DNA of 64,000 nt from positions 44,898 through 108,897 of the forward strand of contig PLCJ01000002.1 in the NCBI GenBank assembly GCA_003135635.1, written 5' to 3'. The notes beneath the pieces were generated by a model, which did not search any database, was not told where the DNA came from, and was given only the letters and a program-made list of their open reading frames with translations. Origin of the DNA: Candidatus Adlerbacteria bacterium (GTDB taxonomy: Bacteria > Patescibacteriota > Minisyncoccia > Phycocordibacterales > SBAW01). Position 1 is the first letter of the stretch, and the number at the start of each line of letters is the position of its first letter. This document shows, one piece after another, positions 20,905-32,238 of the stretch. The position numbers and the translations under genes were made by a program.

Positions 20905-21843
20905 TTATTTCTTTCCACCCTGCTTAGATTTAATGTAATAGAAAATATCCTCCAGCGCCTTCACCGCGTCTCCGGAAGCAATGTTGTTTTGATGATACAG
21001 CCCGTCAGAACAATCACCCGCAGCCCAAATACCTTCCACTGAAGAGCGCTGCGTCTTGGCATCTACGATAATATAGCCAAATGTATTGCATGCGACAAGT
21101 TTGCGCACCAAATCGCTTGCGGGTATGGCTCCTATCTCTACAAATACTCCTGCAGCGGGTAGATCGGTAATCGCTCCCGTCTTTTCGTTTTTTATGAGAA
21201 CACCCTGTACAAAACTTTCTCCACGTATTTCCACCGGGGAGGACTCGGTAAATACTCGCATGTTGGGATGAGCCAGTACGGCTGCTACTGTATCAGGATC
21301 AGCTTTTGTAAAATCAGCATTGCGATGAACCAACGTGACACTTTTGCAATAGGCTAGAAGCTGCGCCGCAGATTCAAATCCTGCGTTTCCTCCACCCACC
21401 ACCACTACATCTTGTCCAGCAAATAGGGGACCGTCGCAGGAAGCGCAATAGGTGAGACCTTTATTCTCAAACTGCTCTGCTCCTGGCACCTCGAGCTTTC
21501 GACGAGAGCCGCCAGTTGCAATAAGTACCGCTTGAGCGTCATAGACACCCTTGTTTGTTTGCATAGAAAAATTAGCGCCGTTTTTATGTACATCGGCCAC
21601 TCGCTCGCCGAGATGGAGAGCAACACTATCGCCAGCGTACGCGCGCAAATGCGCTTCCAGCAATTTTGCTAAATCCGGACCAGACACCTTCGGGGTACCT
21701 ATCCAGTTTTGAACCTCTGGTGAGACAATACTTTGTCCTCCAATCTCCTCGGCAATAAAAATGGTCTTGAGTCGCTTGCGTGCAGCGTACACGCCCGCCG
21801 CCACCCCCGCCGGTCCACCGCCGATAATTGCAAGATCAAACAT
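20905..21843 (-). CDS. trxB: Thioredoxin-disulfide reductase
   Basis: GGGPAG, YCASCDG, GGGNAG, AAGDC. Confidence 0.9.
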   Translation of the reverse strand: MFDLAIIGGGPAGVAAGVYAARKRLKTIFIAEEIGGQSIVSPEVQNWIGTPKVSGPDLAKLLEAHLRAYAGDSVALHLGERVADVHKNGANFSMQTNKGVYDAQAVLIATGGSRRKLEVPGAEQFENKGLTYCASCDGPLFAGQDVVVVGGGNAGFESAAQLLAYCKSVTLVHRNADFTKADPDTVAAVLAHPNMRVFTESSPVEIRGESFVQGVLIKNEKTGAITDLPAAGVFVEIGAIPASDLVRKLVACNTFGYIIVDAKTQRSSVEGIWAAGDCSDGLYHQNNIASGDAVKALEDIFYYIKSKQGGKK

Positions 21844-21849
21844 CAACTC

Positions 21850-23052
21850 CTATTTTATCTTAGGTCGACGCAGGAATGAAGGTATTGCACCCCACTCATC
21901 ATCGTCCTCCTTCTCTCTTTTTCTTTTTGCTGACGTCTCTTCGTTTTTTTCTTCTGGCTTTTCTTTCATCAGATCTTTCACTGGAGCTCCCGATGTATTG
22001 AAAATTTTTCCCAGCGGTACATCTCCTCGCTCCTCTCTTTCGCGCTCACTGGCTGCAAAGGATCCAAAAAGAGGAGTTCCGCGTGATGTCATACCGCTTG
22101 TCGGAAAGCCAGTCGCAATAACGGTGACACGCACATCATCTTTCTTGAGTTTGTCGTCTTTAATGGCACCGAAGATAATTTTTGCATTGGGGTCGACGGA
22201 TTCGGTGATGACCTTTGCTGCCTCATGTACCTCCATCATCCCCAGATCATCGCCTCCGGCAATCGCAAAAAGTACCCCCTTTGCGCCATTAATGGAAAGC
22301 TCCAAAAGGGGAGAAGAAACAGCTGCTTTCGCTGCCACCTGTGCTCGGTTTTCTCCGGAAGCGACACCAATACCCATAAGGGCGGAACCAGCATTTTGCA
22401 TAACCGCGCGGATATCTGCAAAGTCGACATTAATGATGCCTGGATTCGTAATGAGATCAGAAATTCCCTCAACCGCTTGTTTAAGTACATCATCGCACGT
22501 CGCAAAAGCGGCTTTGAGCGTCGTGTCTTTTTTCACAGTCGCAAGAAGCCGATCGTTTGGTATGACGATAAGCGCATCCACTTCTTTGCGCAATTCCTCA
22601 AGACCAAGTTCGGCGATCTTCATGCGCTGCTGTCCTTCAAACAAGAACGGTTTTGTCACGACGCCAACGGTAAGCGCGCCAAGCTCTTTGGCAATACTAG
22701 CAACGACTGGCGCTGCACCTGTTCCGGTACCACCACCCATCCCGCAAGCAACAAAGACCATATCGGAACCTTTGAGCGCCTGTTGTATTTCTTCTTTGGT
22801 TTCTTCGGCGGCTCGTTTGCCGATGTCTGGATTCATGCCAGCTCCGAGCCCGCGGGTGAGGTTTTTACCTACGTGGATTTTTTTCTTGCCAAGCGACTGG
22901 TGCAAATCCTGTGCATCAGTATTGATCGTAATAAAATCAACTCCACGCATCTTGCTGTCAACCATGTGGCTAACAGCGTTGCCCCCGGAGCCGCCGACAC
23001 CAACGACGCGAATGCGAGCGAACGCTTCTATATCTGGTTGTATCTGCGGCAT
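21850..23052 (-). CDS. ftsZ: Cell division protein FtsZ
   Basis: [24 protein letters not shown]-terminal IPSFLRR. Confidence 0.98.
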   Translation of the reverse strand: MPQIQPDIEAFARIRVVGVGGSGGNAVSHMVDSKMRGVDFITINTDAQDLHQSLGKKKIHVGKNLTRGLGAGMNPDIGKRAAEETKEEIQQALKGSDMVFVACGMGGGTGTGAAPVVASIAKELGALTVGVVTKPFLFEGQQRMKIAELGLEELRKEVDALIVIPNDRLLATVKKDTTLKAAFATCDDVLKQAVEGISDLITNPGIINVDFADIRAVMQNAGSALMGIGVASGENRAQVAAKAAVSSPLLELSINGAKGVLFAIAGGDDLGMMEVHEAAKVITESVDPNAKIIFGAIKDDKLKKDDVRVTVIATGFPTSGMTSRGTPLFGSFAASEREREERGDVPLGKIFNTSGAPVKDLMKEKPEEKNEETSAKRKREKEDDDEWGAIPSFLRRPKIK

Positions 23053-23138
23053 ATAATTAATTAATTTTTCCCGTAAATGTGCGTGACCACTGTACCACCT
23101 AGTAGGGGAGAGGTGCAATTTGACAATTTATTTTTTCG

Positions 23139-24317
23139 TTATGGAAGAAATTTCTTGCACCAGCGCCACGCAGCCTGGAGTGTCTCACCAATTGAGCTTC
23201 CGCTTGGTTGCTCAAGGTCGCCCCCTTGGGTAAATCCCCAGATAGTAAGACCGTACGCGACTGCCCACGAACCATCTTTCACCTGCATTTTTGACGCGGC
23301 GCCCTCGGCCAGGGAGGCAATGCGCGAAGGAAGACGTAGTGCGGCTCGTGCGAGATCCGCCACTGTTTGTAAAGAGGAGGTACCGCCGGTAAGAATAATG
23401 CCGCCGGGCAAAAGTTCATCTTTGTGAATTTTTTTTAGGTGGGCTTCAACCAGCTTAAACATATCCGACACGCGCTTTGAGATGAGGTCGTCTATCTTGC
23501 GTTTAGGATAGGGGGAGCCGAACACCGCTCCTTGTTTTAACTGCTCCGCTTCCTCAGGAGCAATACGCAATCCAAGTGCAAGATCGTTGGTGATATCGCT
23601 GCCCCCGACAGGGAAAACCTTTACTGAAATGGGAACGGTATCCTCAAACACGATTATGGAGAGTGTTTCAGAGCCAATGTTGGCAAGTACACAGCCGACG
23701 CGTTTCTGGGTTTTCGTGAGTGCCACAAATGATGCAGCGATAGGAGCTGCAACTACATCTTCAACTTCCATGCCGGCTTCTTCAACCGCAGCAATAAGAT
23801 CGTTGATATGTTGCTCCAGGCAGGTAATAAAAATTGTCTCAACCGAAATACGAGTGCCTTTCATACCCACGGGACTGCGACCAAGTACCTTTACCCCATC
23901 GATACTGTAGTACAGCGGTATACGATGAATAATCTTCCGATTAAGAAGTGTTGCGGGCATAAGAGCCGCTTCACTGCCGTCAAGAACGCGTGAGATGTCC
24001 CGCTCGCTGATCTCTGAGTTGCCGCGCTCGACAACCGTCTCTCCGCGCGCGAAAGCTTCTTCAAGGCCGATGCCACCTATGCTTATATACACGCGCTTCA
24101 CTTTTTGCTGCGCCGCCTTGCTTGCTTGTGCAACTGCAGCAGCAATGGAGCGAGAAATATCTGATACGGAAACAATATATCCGTGCCGCAGTCCACGACT
24201 TTCGGCATATCCGATGCCTAAAATACGTGGCGCTTGGCGGGGATCTTGGGGATGCTCAGCGATCACCACTTTTACATGGTAGGAGCCGATATCAATGCCA
24301 GTAACAATTTTTTGCAT
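23139..24317 (-). CDS. ftsA: Cell division protein FtsA
   Basis: GIDIGS actin-like start, GGSDITNDL, LTGG; directly upstream of ftsZ. Confidence 0.93.
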   Translation of the reverse strand: MQKIVTGIDIGSYHVKVVIAEHPQDPRQAPRILGIGYAESRGLRHGYIVSVSDISRSIAAAVAQASKAAQQKVKRVYISIGGIGLEEAFARGETVVERGNSEISERDISRVLDGSEAALMPATLLNRKIIHRIPLYYSIDGVKVLGRSPVGMKGTRISVETIFITCLEQHINDLIAAVEEAGMEVEDVVAAPIAASFVALTKTQKRVGCVLANIGSETLSIIVFEDTVPISVKVFPVGGSDITNDLALGLRIAPEEAEQLKQGAVFGSPYPKRKIDDLISKRVSDMFKLVEAHLKKIHKDELLPGGIILTGGTSSLQTVADLARAALRLPSRIASLAEGAASKMQVKDGSWAVAYGLTIWGFTQGGDLEQPSGSSIGETLQAAWRWCKKFLP

Positions 24318-24351
24318 GCAGTAGGAAAAGCGCCCGGAGCCGGCGTGCTTT

Positions 24352-24750
24352 TCAGAAGCTTATCGCTATCTTAAAACGTTTGATCAAACGCCGCTCACTG
24401 TGCTCCATTGTAGCATTATGTGCGTACCCCTTTAAGTGCAGCATGCCGTGGATAAAAAGGTACGCGAGAAAATTATCCCGGGTCGCTCCATACGCACGAG
24501 CTTGTGCACGCGCAGTCGCGGGGCACAGTAATATTTCTCCCGTGTACTTGGAAAACGGAAAGGCCAAGACGTTTGATGGGACATCTCGATGTTTGGTTTT
24601 TTTGCTCATACGGCGAGCTTCCCGCGGAGAAAGGAGTGCCACGGAGAGGTCATAGCGGGGCCCGAGCACCGCATCTTTAAGTGTTGCAAACGCGACCCGC
24701 GGCAGTATACCGCGGGTTTTGTTGATGATAGAAATACGTTTCTCTGCCAT
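24352..24750 (-). CDS. ybeY: rRNA maturation endoribonuclease YbeY
   Basis: HGMLHLKGYAH motif, NVLAFP. Confidence 0.92.
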   Translation of the reverse strand: MAEKRISIINKTRGILPRVAFATLKDAVLGPRYDLSVALLSPREARRMSKKTKHRDVPSNVLAFPFSKYTGEILLCPATARAQARAYGATRDNFLAYLFIHGMLHLKGYAHNATMEHSERRLIKRFKIAISF

Positions 24751-24762
24751 CGAGGGAGCGTG

Positions 24763-25017
24763 CTACCGGCGACGAGGTCCACGCACCGGGCGCTCGAGCA
24801 TTTTGCCGAGTTTTATGAGCTCAGCGACTTCTGCTCGGCGTTTGATAACTTTGAGTGTATGTTTACGGCGTACCTCGGGAGATTTTGCGCGGGAATAGTA
24901 CCGTCGTCCACGTACGGCCTGAATAAGTCGCGCACTTTGCACGCGCTTGCTGAAGCGGCGGATAAGATTTACCGTCGTTTCTCCTTCGTTTTTTTCTACC
25001 TCTGCTTGTACGGCCAT
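24763..25017 (-). CDS. rpsU: 30S ribosomal protein S21-like
   Basis: Small basic protein, V.K..GE....LIRRF.KRV pattern. Confidence 0.75.
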   Translation of the reverse strand: MAVQAEVEKNEGETTVNLIRRFSKRVQSARLIQAVRGRRYYSRAKSPEVRRKHTLKVIKRRAEVAELIKLGKMLERPVRGPRRR

Positions 25018-25044
25018 TGCGCTTGGGATACTAGCACGCTCCCC

Positions 25045-26256
25045 CTACACTCGCAATGTTCTGAGATAGCGGGGCAATTGCGAAAGGGTGACGGTCGCCT
25101 GCGCACGCTCATCTGCTGAACGAATAATAATAGTGCCGTCAAGCACCTCGCGCTGGCCCATGATAAGCACATGGGAAACCCCTGATTGCCGCGCAGCGGC
25201 GAGCTGGTTGCCAAGATGGTTTGAATCAAAAGATTGGAGCGCCGGAATATGTGCAGCGCGAAGCATATCAACCACTGCAAGTCCTTGGAGCTTCGCACGT
25301 GCTCCGAGCTGCACAAAATACACTTTTGGTGGAGGAGTTTTAGGAAGTGTTTTACAGCTTGAGCGGTCTATTCCTTTGCGCCGAAAGAAAATACTTGCAT
25401 GCACGGCCGTGCTCTCCTTGCGTCCCGTCATGCGACGCATGAAATCATCGTAGCGACCGCCAGCGCTCGCGCAGACGATCATGTCACTCCCCGCAAGATC
25501 TATAGCAAAAAGTACTCCCTGCTCGCGTTCATCGCTCACCAGAGAATAGTCGAGCTGGTAAGGAAGGTTCAGAAGTTCGAGCTGCTCGAGAATATTTCGA
25601 AAGTGTGCCCGACTTTTTTCAGAAAGAAAATTGACTGACCGTGGTGCATCAACAATGATATCGCGGCACATCACACTACTGCGACGGTATGCCTCAATCG
25701 GATTATCGGAAAATTTGAGTTCTCCCGCGGCTTCAAGTGCTCCCGCGTGCTTGCGGAAATACAACAAGAGCTCACGTGCGAAGCGCTGCTGGCTGTCGCG
25801 ATCTCCAAGTGCATTGATACGAATGCCCGAAATAGGAGCACCCCATTCCTCAAGAATTGCTGCAATAACTTTAATGAGAAGTACTTCTCCCATGCTCTCC
25901 GATGAACCCACAATGGAGAGCCCAAACTCTCCGGTCTCGCGCATGGAAAATCCGTGTGGTGTGTAGGAAGAAGTCGGGCTGGCGTAATAGGCCAACACTG
26001 GCTCTTGTACTTCTATGGGTGGGACTTTTGTAGGTGGGATGGTGGCGAGACGTGCCCGACTTGCAATTAACGCTCGACTTACAACTATCGAGCTACACAA
26101 ACGAGCTGCAGTTGCAAACGTGTAGGTACCACGAGAGCGCTCTGCGGGAGGTGCTGCGCGTTCTAGCTCACGCATTGAGCGAAAACCATAGGAGGAAGAA
26201 ATATCAGCAGAAAGTTTAAGGAATGACTTGGGTGATGCGCGGGAAGAAATGTTCAT
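25045..26256 (-). CDS. Degenerate histidyl-tRNA synthetase-like protein (anticodon-binding domain retained)
   Basis: GGRYDD motif and C-terminal VYFVQLG..AK...LIMGQRE; class II motif 2 not recognisable. Confidence 0.75.
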   Translation of the reverse strand: MNISSRASPKSFLKLSADISSSYGFRSMRELERAAPPAERSRGTYTFATAARLCSSIVVSRALIASRARLATIPPTKVPPIEVQEPVLAYYASPTSSYTPHGFSMRETGEFGLSIVGSSESMGEVLLIKVIAAILEEWGAPISGIRINALGDRDSQQRFARELLLYFRKHAGALEAAGELKFSDNPIEAYRRSSVMCRDIIVDAPRSVNFLSEKSRAHFRNILEQLELLNLPYQLDYSLVSDEREQGVLFAIDLAGSDMIVCASAGGRYDDFMRRMTGRKESTAVHASIFFRRKGIDRSSCKTLPKTPPPKVYFVQLGARAKLQGLAVVDMLRAAHIPALQSFDSNHLGNQLAAARQSGVSHVLIMGQREVLDGTIIIRSADERAQATVTLSQLPRYLRTLRV

Positions 26257-26273
26257 AGCTGGTTATAGATTAT

Positions 26274-26828
26274 TTATTGCACTACTGTTGCACCCGGAAG
26301 GATTCCTACACTACTAACCGGTAAGAGTCGCAAGAAAACATGGCCGATAATGTTTTGTCGGGGAAGTGTGCCCCATAGGCGCGAGTCTGAACTTTCTGGG
26401 CGATTATCTCCCATCACAAAATATTCCTCAGGGCCAAGCGTCACACTCATGTCTGGGCCGTTGCCTTTATTAACGACATAGGGTTCAGAGAGTTCTTCAC
26501 TTTTTCCGTTTTGGGCAACAATATAGACGTTACCGCTTGAGATTTTGACGGTCTCATTGGGAAGGCCAATGATCCGCTTAATGAAAAACTCCGACGGATC
26601 CTTGGGGTAGCGAAATACAATTACATCCCCGCGCTGTGGCTGCTCAAAATGATAGGAAAGTTCATCGACAATGAGGTACTGGCTATTTTGAAATGTAGGT
26701 TCCATCGATGCGCCGCTCACAATAAATGGTTGGGCGACAAAAAGACGTATCGGGATGACAATAATGAGCGCGAGAGCGGCGAATTTCAGGAGGTCGGTGA
26801 AAAAGTCCCCACGATGCTCCTCTTGCAT
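26274..26828 (-). CDS. lepB: Signal peptidase I
   Basis: VSGASMEPT, RGDVIVF, FIKRIIGLP, GDNR..S.DSR. Confidence 0.95.
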   Translation of the reverse strand: MQEEHRGDFFTDLLKFAALALIIVIPIRLFVAQPFIVSGASMEPTFQNSQYLIVDELSYHFEQPQRGDVIVFRYPKDPSEFFIKRIIGLPNETVKISSGNVYIVAQNGKSEELSEPYVVNKGNGPDMSVTLGPEEYFVMGDNRPESSDSRLWGTLPRQNIIGHVFLRLLPVSSVGILPGATVVQ

Positions 26829-26894
26829 ACCATGTATTGTATGTATCTTCCGGCGTTGCGCAAGGTTCAGGGCACTCCCGTGGTAGTGTGGGGT

Positions 26895-27488
26895 ATGCAA
26901 TGGGTTATCGCTGGACTCGGCAATCCAGGAGAAGCATACAAAGATACCAGACACAATGCGGGGAGAGACATGCTCATACTGCTTGCCAAGAAAGAAAGAT
27001 TTTCCGAGTGGAAAGAAGATAAAAAATCCCACGTACGCACTACCAAGGGTGTTCTTTTCGGCAAAAAAGTACAACTCGTGCTGCCGGATACCTACATGAA
27101 CAATTCCGGACGTGCTTTCAGGGGGCTTATCACTTCCAAAAAAGATGCAAGGCAGCTCGTGGTACTTCAAGACGAGCTTGATATGCCTGTTGGGGAGATA
27201 AAAATTTCATTTGGTAGCGGCTCCGGTGGGCATCGGGGCGTAGAGTCCGTACAGCAAGGGCTCAAGACCAAAGAATTTGTTCGTATTCGCATTGGTATTT
27301 CTCCGGTGAATTCCTCAGGAAAGCTTAAGAAGCCAGCGCAGGAAAAAATTATCGATTTCGTACTCGGCGCATTTAGTGCGAGTGAAACAGAGAAATTAAA
27401 AAAAGCTCGGCGCAACGTTGCAACAGCCCTCGAACTTTTACTTACTACAGGACTTCCTCGAGCAATGACGGAGATCAACAGTAGATAA
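26895..27488 (+). CDS. pth: Peptidyl-tRNA hydrolase
   Basis: GLGNPG..Y..TRHNAG, TYMNNSG, GGHRG, RIRIGI. Confidence 0.95.
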   Translation: MQWVIAGLGNPGEAYKDTRHNAGRDMLILLAKKERFSEWKEDKKSHVRTTKGVLFGKKVQLVLPDTYMNNSGRAFRGLITSKKDARQLVVLQDELDMPVGEIKISFGSGSGGHRGVESVQQGLKTKEFVRIRIGISPVNSSGKLKKPAQEKIIDFVLGAFSASETEKLKKARRNVATALELLLTTGLPRAMTEINSR

Positions 27489-27501
27489 AAAAATACTCCT
27501 G

Positions 27502-28629
27502 CTATTTTTTCTCTCCTGAGAAAGAAAGTGCCATGCGCATCTCTTGCGGTTCAAAAAGAGAAATAATAAAAGGATAGCGCTTGCCCAGCTCAAGATTCTG
27601 TCGCAACTTTTCCTCAGAGCCGAAATCTGAGACGTGCACAAGACCAGCGATGCCTTCTTCGATTGAAGCAAGCGCACCGTGCTTATTAAATTTAATAACG
27701 ACACCTTCTACGCGATCACCTTTCTTGTATTTCTCCGCCACGGATTGCCAGGGATTTTCTTTCAACTGTTTCACTGACAGAGATACTTTGCCCTCTTTTA
27801 TATCGATGATCTTAACTTTCACATGGTCACCAACTTTAAAGAAGTGACGTGGATCGTCGACAAGGCCCCAATCTATTTCAGAGATATGCACGAGACCTTC
27901 TAGGCCTTCCTCGAGCTTCACGAAAACGCCGAAATCAACCATGCCGGTCACTTCTCCCATAACGCTGGCGCCCACGTCATAATGTTCGATAATCTCGCGC
28001 TTCTCTTTGTCGTCGACGCCCTTTTCAGAAAATATAAGCTTTCCTTCTTTGGGGAGCGCAGAAATAACGAATACAACCAACCGTTCCCCAATCAACTTAC
28101 GCAGTTCATCAAGAATTTTATCTTTATCTCCGTCCATAACACGGGGATAATGTTCAGCTTTCAATTGCGAAGCAGGAAGAAAACCTGGAATGCCTTGCCA
28201 CTCAAGAATAAGGCCCCCTTTGTTTGCTTCTTTGACGGTCAATTCAATCTGAGTTTTGTTCTTTTGCGCTTCTTCCGCTTCCGTCCAAATAAGTGCCTGG
28301 CGGGCTTCCTTCAGGGAAAGCTCAATGTACCCATCCTTAGTATCAGTAGCAATTACTTTTGCAGCAATGCGATCCCCGACATTGGTGCGCTTGATGACTT
28401 CGCGTGCATTGAGATATTCGCGCCCTAAAATGACTCCGGTTCCAAATGGTGGAAGATCAATATATAGACGCGCTCGGTCAAGCGCGATAACTGGACCTTC
28501 GACAATGTCTCCTGGCTTAGGGAGCTCTGGACTACGAGCCACCAGCTCAGCCATAAGGCTCGGCGGTGCGTTTTGTGCATCACTCAAATCAATGGCTGCC
28601 GCGGAAGCGGCTTTTGTGGTTGGTGTCAT
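27502..28629 (-). CDS. rpsA: 30S ribosomal protein S1 (short, 4 S1 domains)
   Basis: Repeated S1 motifs GFLPASQL, GLVHISEI, GLVHVSD. Confidence 0.88.
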   Translation of the reverse strand: MTPTTKAASAAAIDLSDAQNAPPSLMAELVARSPELPKPGDIVEGPVIALDRARLYIDLPPFGTGVILGREYLNAREVIKRTNVGDRIAAKVIATDTKDGYIELSLKEARQALIWTEAEEAQKNKTQIELTVKEANKGGLILEWQGIPGFLPASQLKAEHYPRVMDGDKDKILDELRKLIGERLVVFVISALPKEGKLIFSEKGVDDKEKREIIEHYDVGASVMGEVTGMVDFGVFVKLEEGLEGLVHISEIDWGLVDDPRHFFKVGDHVKVKIIDIKEGKVSLSVKQLKENPWQSVAEKYKKGDRVEGVVIKFNKHGALASIEEGIAGLVHVSDFGSEEKLRQNLELGKRYPFIISLFEPQEMRMALSFSGEKK

Positions 28630-28807
28630 ATTGCTTTATCGGGCGGGTCCTCTGGGCTGCCCCGAAAGATTATTCCCGCGCACCCAACTGATAATAAAGG
28701 GGATACCTCTATTGCGAAGGACTATACCTCAGGGAAGTAGCGTATGCAAATATTTTTGGCATTTTCTCTTTTAAAAAAGGTCAAAATATGATAAAATAGC
28801 CTTACTT

Positions 28808-29440
28808 ATGGTTATCAGCTACATGGGCGGGGAGTGTTTCAAGATCACTCAAGGGGATTTGACTCTCGTTTTTAACCCGCCATCGAAAGACTCTGAGCTT
28901 AAAATATCAAGATTCGGCTCTGATATCGTCCTTGTCTCTCTGCAGCACAAAGACTTCAATGGCATCGAAAACGTCTCTTTCGGTGAGCGTGAGCCCTTTG
29001 TGATCCTCGGTCCGGGAGAGTACGAAGTGAAAGATACAGTCATACGAGGTTTTGCTTCTGATTCCCACTATGGAGGCACAAGAGGAGTAAATACCCTCTA
29101 CAGTGTTTTTCTTGACGGGATAACTCTCTGTTTCTTGGGCGCTCTTTCTTCCGCTGCGCTACCTCCCGCAGCTAAACAAGAGTTTGATAATATTGATATC
29201 CTTTTTCTTCCTATCGGTGGCGACGGGGTGCTCACGTATGCAGAAAGCTACAAACTTGCGGTACAATTAGAGCCCAAAATCATTATTCCGATGCATTATG
29301 GCTCCATAGGACAGCAGGGAGCACTGAAACATTTTCTGAAAGAAGCAGGTGTCGAAGACCTCAAGCCCACTGAAAAGTTGATCGTTAAAAAGAAAGACCT
29401 GGAAGATAAAGAAGGCGAAGTGGTCGTATTATTGACATAA
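28808..29440 (+). CDS. MBL-fold metallo-hydrolase-like protein
   Basis: GPGEYEV, DILFLPIGG, PKIIIPMHY. Confidence 0.82.
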   Translation: MVISYMGGECFKITQGDLTLVFNPPSKDSELKISRFGSDIVLVSLQHKDFNGIENVSFGEREPFVILGPGEYEVKDTVIRGFASDSHYGGTRGVNTLYSVFLDGITLCFLGALSSAALPPAAKQEFDNIDILFLPIGGDGVLTYAESYKLAVQLEPKIIIPMHYGSIGQQGALKHFLKEAGVEDLKPTEKLIVKKKDLEDKEGEVVVLLT

Positions 29441-29451
29441 TTCATTTCCTT

Positions 29452-29730
29452 ATGATAAAGCAATATTTTGAACACATAAAAACAAAAACACCGCATGAGC
29501 GTCGTCAGCATGCTATGCAGGTCGCCTGCGTTGCAACGGGGGCTATTGCACTTGTGTGGATAGGGACACTCAGCTTCCGTTTTTCTTCTCAGTCAAACAG
29601 TGTGGCGCAAACGGGAAGCGCTACTAATCAATCACAACTTGCAAACGCGGGAAGCGCACTGCCCTCCGCTGCGCAACCCTCTCTTGAAGTGGCAACTACC
29701 AGCGTGTTTAATACACAGCAATCACAATAA
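29452..29730 (+). CDS. Hypothetical single-TM protein
   Basis: 92-aa ORF in operon context before gyrA. Confidence 0.65.
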   Translation: MIKQYFEHIKTKTPHERRQHAMQVACVATGAIALVWIGTLSFRFSSQSNSVAQTGSATNQSQLANAGSALPSAAQPSLEVATTSVFNTQQSQ

Positions 29731-29736
29731 TTTTCT

Positions 29737-32205
29737 ATGCCTGAAGAGAAAAAAGAGCCGATACCGACGCATTCTCAAAATATCATACCGCGCAATATTT
29801 CAAGTGAAATGCGCGAAGCATATCTCGATTACGCGATGTCCGTAATCACCTCCCGCGCGCTCCCTGATGTGCGCGATGGGCTGAAGCCAGTACACCGTCG
29901 CATTCTTTACGCGATGCACCGTATGGGACTCACCCCGGCAGCGCGTTTCCGTAAGTCGGCGGCAGTAGTGGGAGATGTGCTCGGAAAGTATCACCCTCAT
30001 GGGGACGCGTCTGTCTATGACGCAATGGTTAAGATGACCCAAGAGTTTTCGATGCGCTACCCACTTATTCTGGGGCAGGGAAATTTCGGCTCTATAGATG
30101 GCGATTCTGCTGCTGCGATGCGCTACACCGAGGCAAAAATGTCGCGTATGGCCGAATATCTGCTCGGCGATTTGGAAAAAGACACCGTAGAGTGGCGCCC
30201 CAACTACGACAGTACCCTCAGGGAGCCGGAAGTACTCCCTTCGGCGGTGCCCAATATTTTGCTTAATGGAACGCTTGGTATCGCAGTTGGTATGGCAACC
30301 TCCGTTCCGCCACACAACCTGCAAGAGCTCTCCTTAGCACTTGAGCATTTGATTGATAATCCCGAGGCGACGGTTGAAGATTTGATGCAATTTGTTTCAG
30401 GCCCTGATTTCCCAACTGGGGCAGTCGCATTTAATAAAAAAGACTTATTGCATGCCTATTCAACCGGCAGAGGCGGCGTAGTGGTACGCGGTCAAGCAGA
30501 AATCGTCGAAGATAAAAAGGGGAATTTTCAAATCATCATTTCTTCAATCCCCTATAGGGTGAATAAAGCAGACCTTATCGTGCGGATTGCTGATCTTGCA
30601 CGGGACAAAAAAGTGGAAGGAATTCGTGGACTCAGAGACGAGTCAACAAAAGATATTCGCGTCGTCGTTGATCTCAAACAAGGGGGGCATCCTCAGAAAG
30701 TTCTCAACTATCTCTACAAGCACACCGCGCTTGAAGACACTTTTCACTTCAATATGGTGGTGCTCGTTGATGGGGTGCCGCAGACGCTTTCTCTAAAAGG
30801 AATCTTGCAGGAATTCATTAAGCACCGCCGTGACGTAGTGAAGCGGCGCACACAATTTGATTTATCTCAAGCTCAGGGCCGGGAACATATTCTACTCGGG
30901 ATTGTAAAAGCTCTGGATGTTATTGACGAAGTCATTAAGACGATTCGAGCTTCCAAAGATGTTGCTGAGGCTCATGGGAATTTGATGCGAAAGTTCAAGT
31001 TCTCTGAGCTCCAGGCAACCGCTATTCTTGAAATGCGACTGCAGAAGCTTGCTAACCTTGAACGCAAAAAAGTTGAAGACGAACTCAAGGAGGTGCAAAC
31101 ACTCATTGAAGAACTCGCGACTCTTTTAAAGAGTGATAAAAAGATGCTCAGTGTCATCAAGACGGAGATTAGCGACATAGCAAAACGCTTTGGAGGTGAG
31201 CGCCAGACAAAAGTAATCAAGGGGGCAGCTGGCATTATTAATATGGAAGACTTGGTGCCGGAGGAAGAGCAAGTATTGGTGCTAACGGCGGGTGGGTATG
31301 TGAAGCGCACTAATCCTGAAGAATATCGTCGTCAAAAGCGTGGGGGAGTGGGAGTCATTGACCTCAATACCAAAGAAGAGGATTTCGTGACTATGTTTCT
31401 CACAACCTCAACACACAGTGATATTCTTTTTTTTACTGATTCAGGGAAAGCGTATCAGATAAAAATGTACGAGCTTCCAGAAGGAAAACGCTCGACTAAG
31501 GGTAAGGCAGTGATTAATTATCTTTCCATCTCAGACAGCGAGAAAATATCCTCGGTACTCTCCATGCGCAAAAATCAGAAGGAAGGAGAAAAATTCCTAT
31601 ATATGATCACCAAACAAGGAGTAACTAAAAAAGTTGATGCAATGGTCTTTCATGATGTTCGGCGTAGTGGCCTTATTGCTATTAAACTGCAAAAGGGTGA
31701 TGAGCTGATCGCCGCACTATTAGTTGAGAAAGGTGATGAGATTTTCCTCTCCACTGCCAGAGGACAGGCTATTCGTTTCAAAGAGAGCGACATTCGCGCA
31801 ATGGGTCGTACTGCCGGGGGTGTACGAGGCATGAGGCTAGCGCCTGGCGATACCCTTGTGGGTGCCGCTGTAGTACAAAAAGGGCGTAAAGATTTGGAGG
31901 TCCTTGTTGTCTCGCGCAACGGGTACGGTAAAACAACACCGATGAAAGAATACAAAGTCCAAAAACGCGGCGGTAGTGGGATTAAGACAATTAAAATAAC
32001 CCCCAAGATAGGTCCTCTTATCGCTGCGCGGGTGGTTTCAAAAGAGGAGGGAGTAGGAGAGAATGAAATCGTTGTTATTTCTCAAAAAGGACAAGTAATA
32101 CGCACCGGTCTTTCGGAAATCCCTTCTCTCTCCCGCGGAACCCAAGGAGTACGCGTCATGAAGCTTCGCCAAGGGGACGGCATTGCTTCGTTCGTGTGTA
32201 TGTGA
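29737..32205 (+). CDS. gyrA: DNA gyrase subunit A
   Basis: [25 protein letters not shown], GyrA-box QKRGGVG. Confidence 0.98.
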   Translation: MPEEKKEPIPTHSQNIIPRNISSEMREAYLDYAMSVITSRALPDVRDGLKPVHRRILYAMHRMGLTPAARFRKSAAVVGDVLGKYHPHGDASVYDAMVKMTQEFSMRYPLILGQGNFGSIDGDSAAAMRYTEAKMSRMAEYLLGDLEKDTVEWRPNYDSTLREPEVLPSAVPNILLNGTLGIAVGMATSVPPHNLQELSLALEHLIDNPEATVEDLMQFVSGPDFPTGAVAFNKKDLLHAYSTGRGGVVVRGQAEIVEDKKGNFQIIISSIPYRVNKADLIVRIADLARDKKVEGIRGLRDESTKDIRVVVDLKQGGHPQKVLNYLYKHTALEDTFHFNMVVLVDGVPQTLSLKGILQEFIKHRRDVVKRRTQFDLSQAQGREHILLGIVKALDVIDEVIKTIRASKDVAEAHGNLMRKFKFSELQATAILEMRLQKLANLERKKVEDELKEVQTLIEELATLLKSDKKMLSVIKTEISDIAKRFGGERQTKVIKGAAGIINMEDLVPEEEQVLVLTAGGYVKRTNPEEYRRQKRGGVGVIDLNTKEEDFVTMFLTTSTHSDILFFTDSGKAYQIKMYELPEGKRSTKGKAVINYLSISDSEKISSVLSMRKNQKEGEKFLYMITKQGVTKKVDAMVFHDVRRSGLIAIKLQKGDELIAALLVEKGDEIFLSTARGQAIRFKESDIRAMGRTAGGVRGMRLAPGDTLVGAAVVQKGRKDLEVLVVSRNGYGKTTPMKEYKVQKRGGSGIKTIKITPKIGPLIAARVVSKEEGVGENEIVVISQKGQVIRTGLSEIPSLSRGTQGVRVMKLRQGDGIASFVCM

Positions 32206-32238
32206 TTGGTTCTCAAAGAAAGATATATAATAGAGTAG

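Noticed and set aside
21761-23056. 431-aa plus-strand ORF opposite ftsZ, and similar antisense ORFs over valS, clpB and gyrA
   Set aside because: Antisense shadows of conserved genes with no recognisable motifs.
26649-27170. Apparent long overlap between lepB and pth
   Set aside because: With starts at 26828 (-) and 26895 (+) the genes are divergent and do not overlap.
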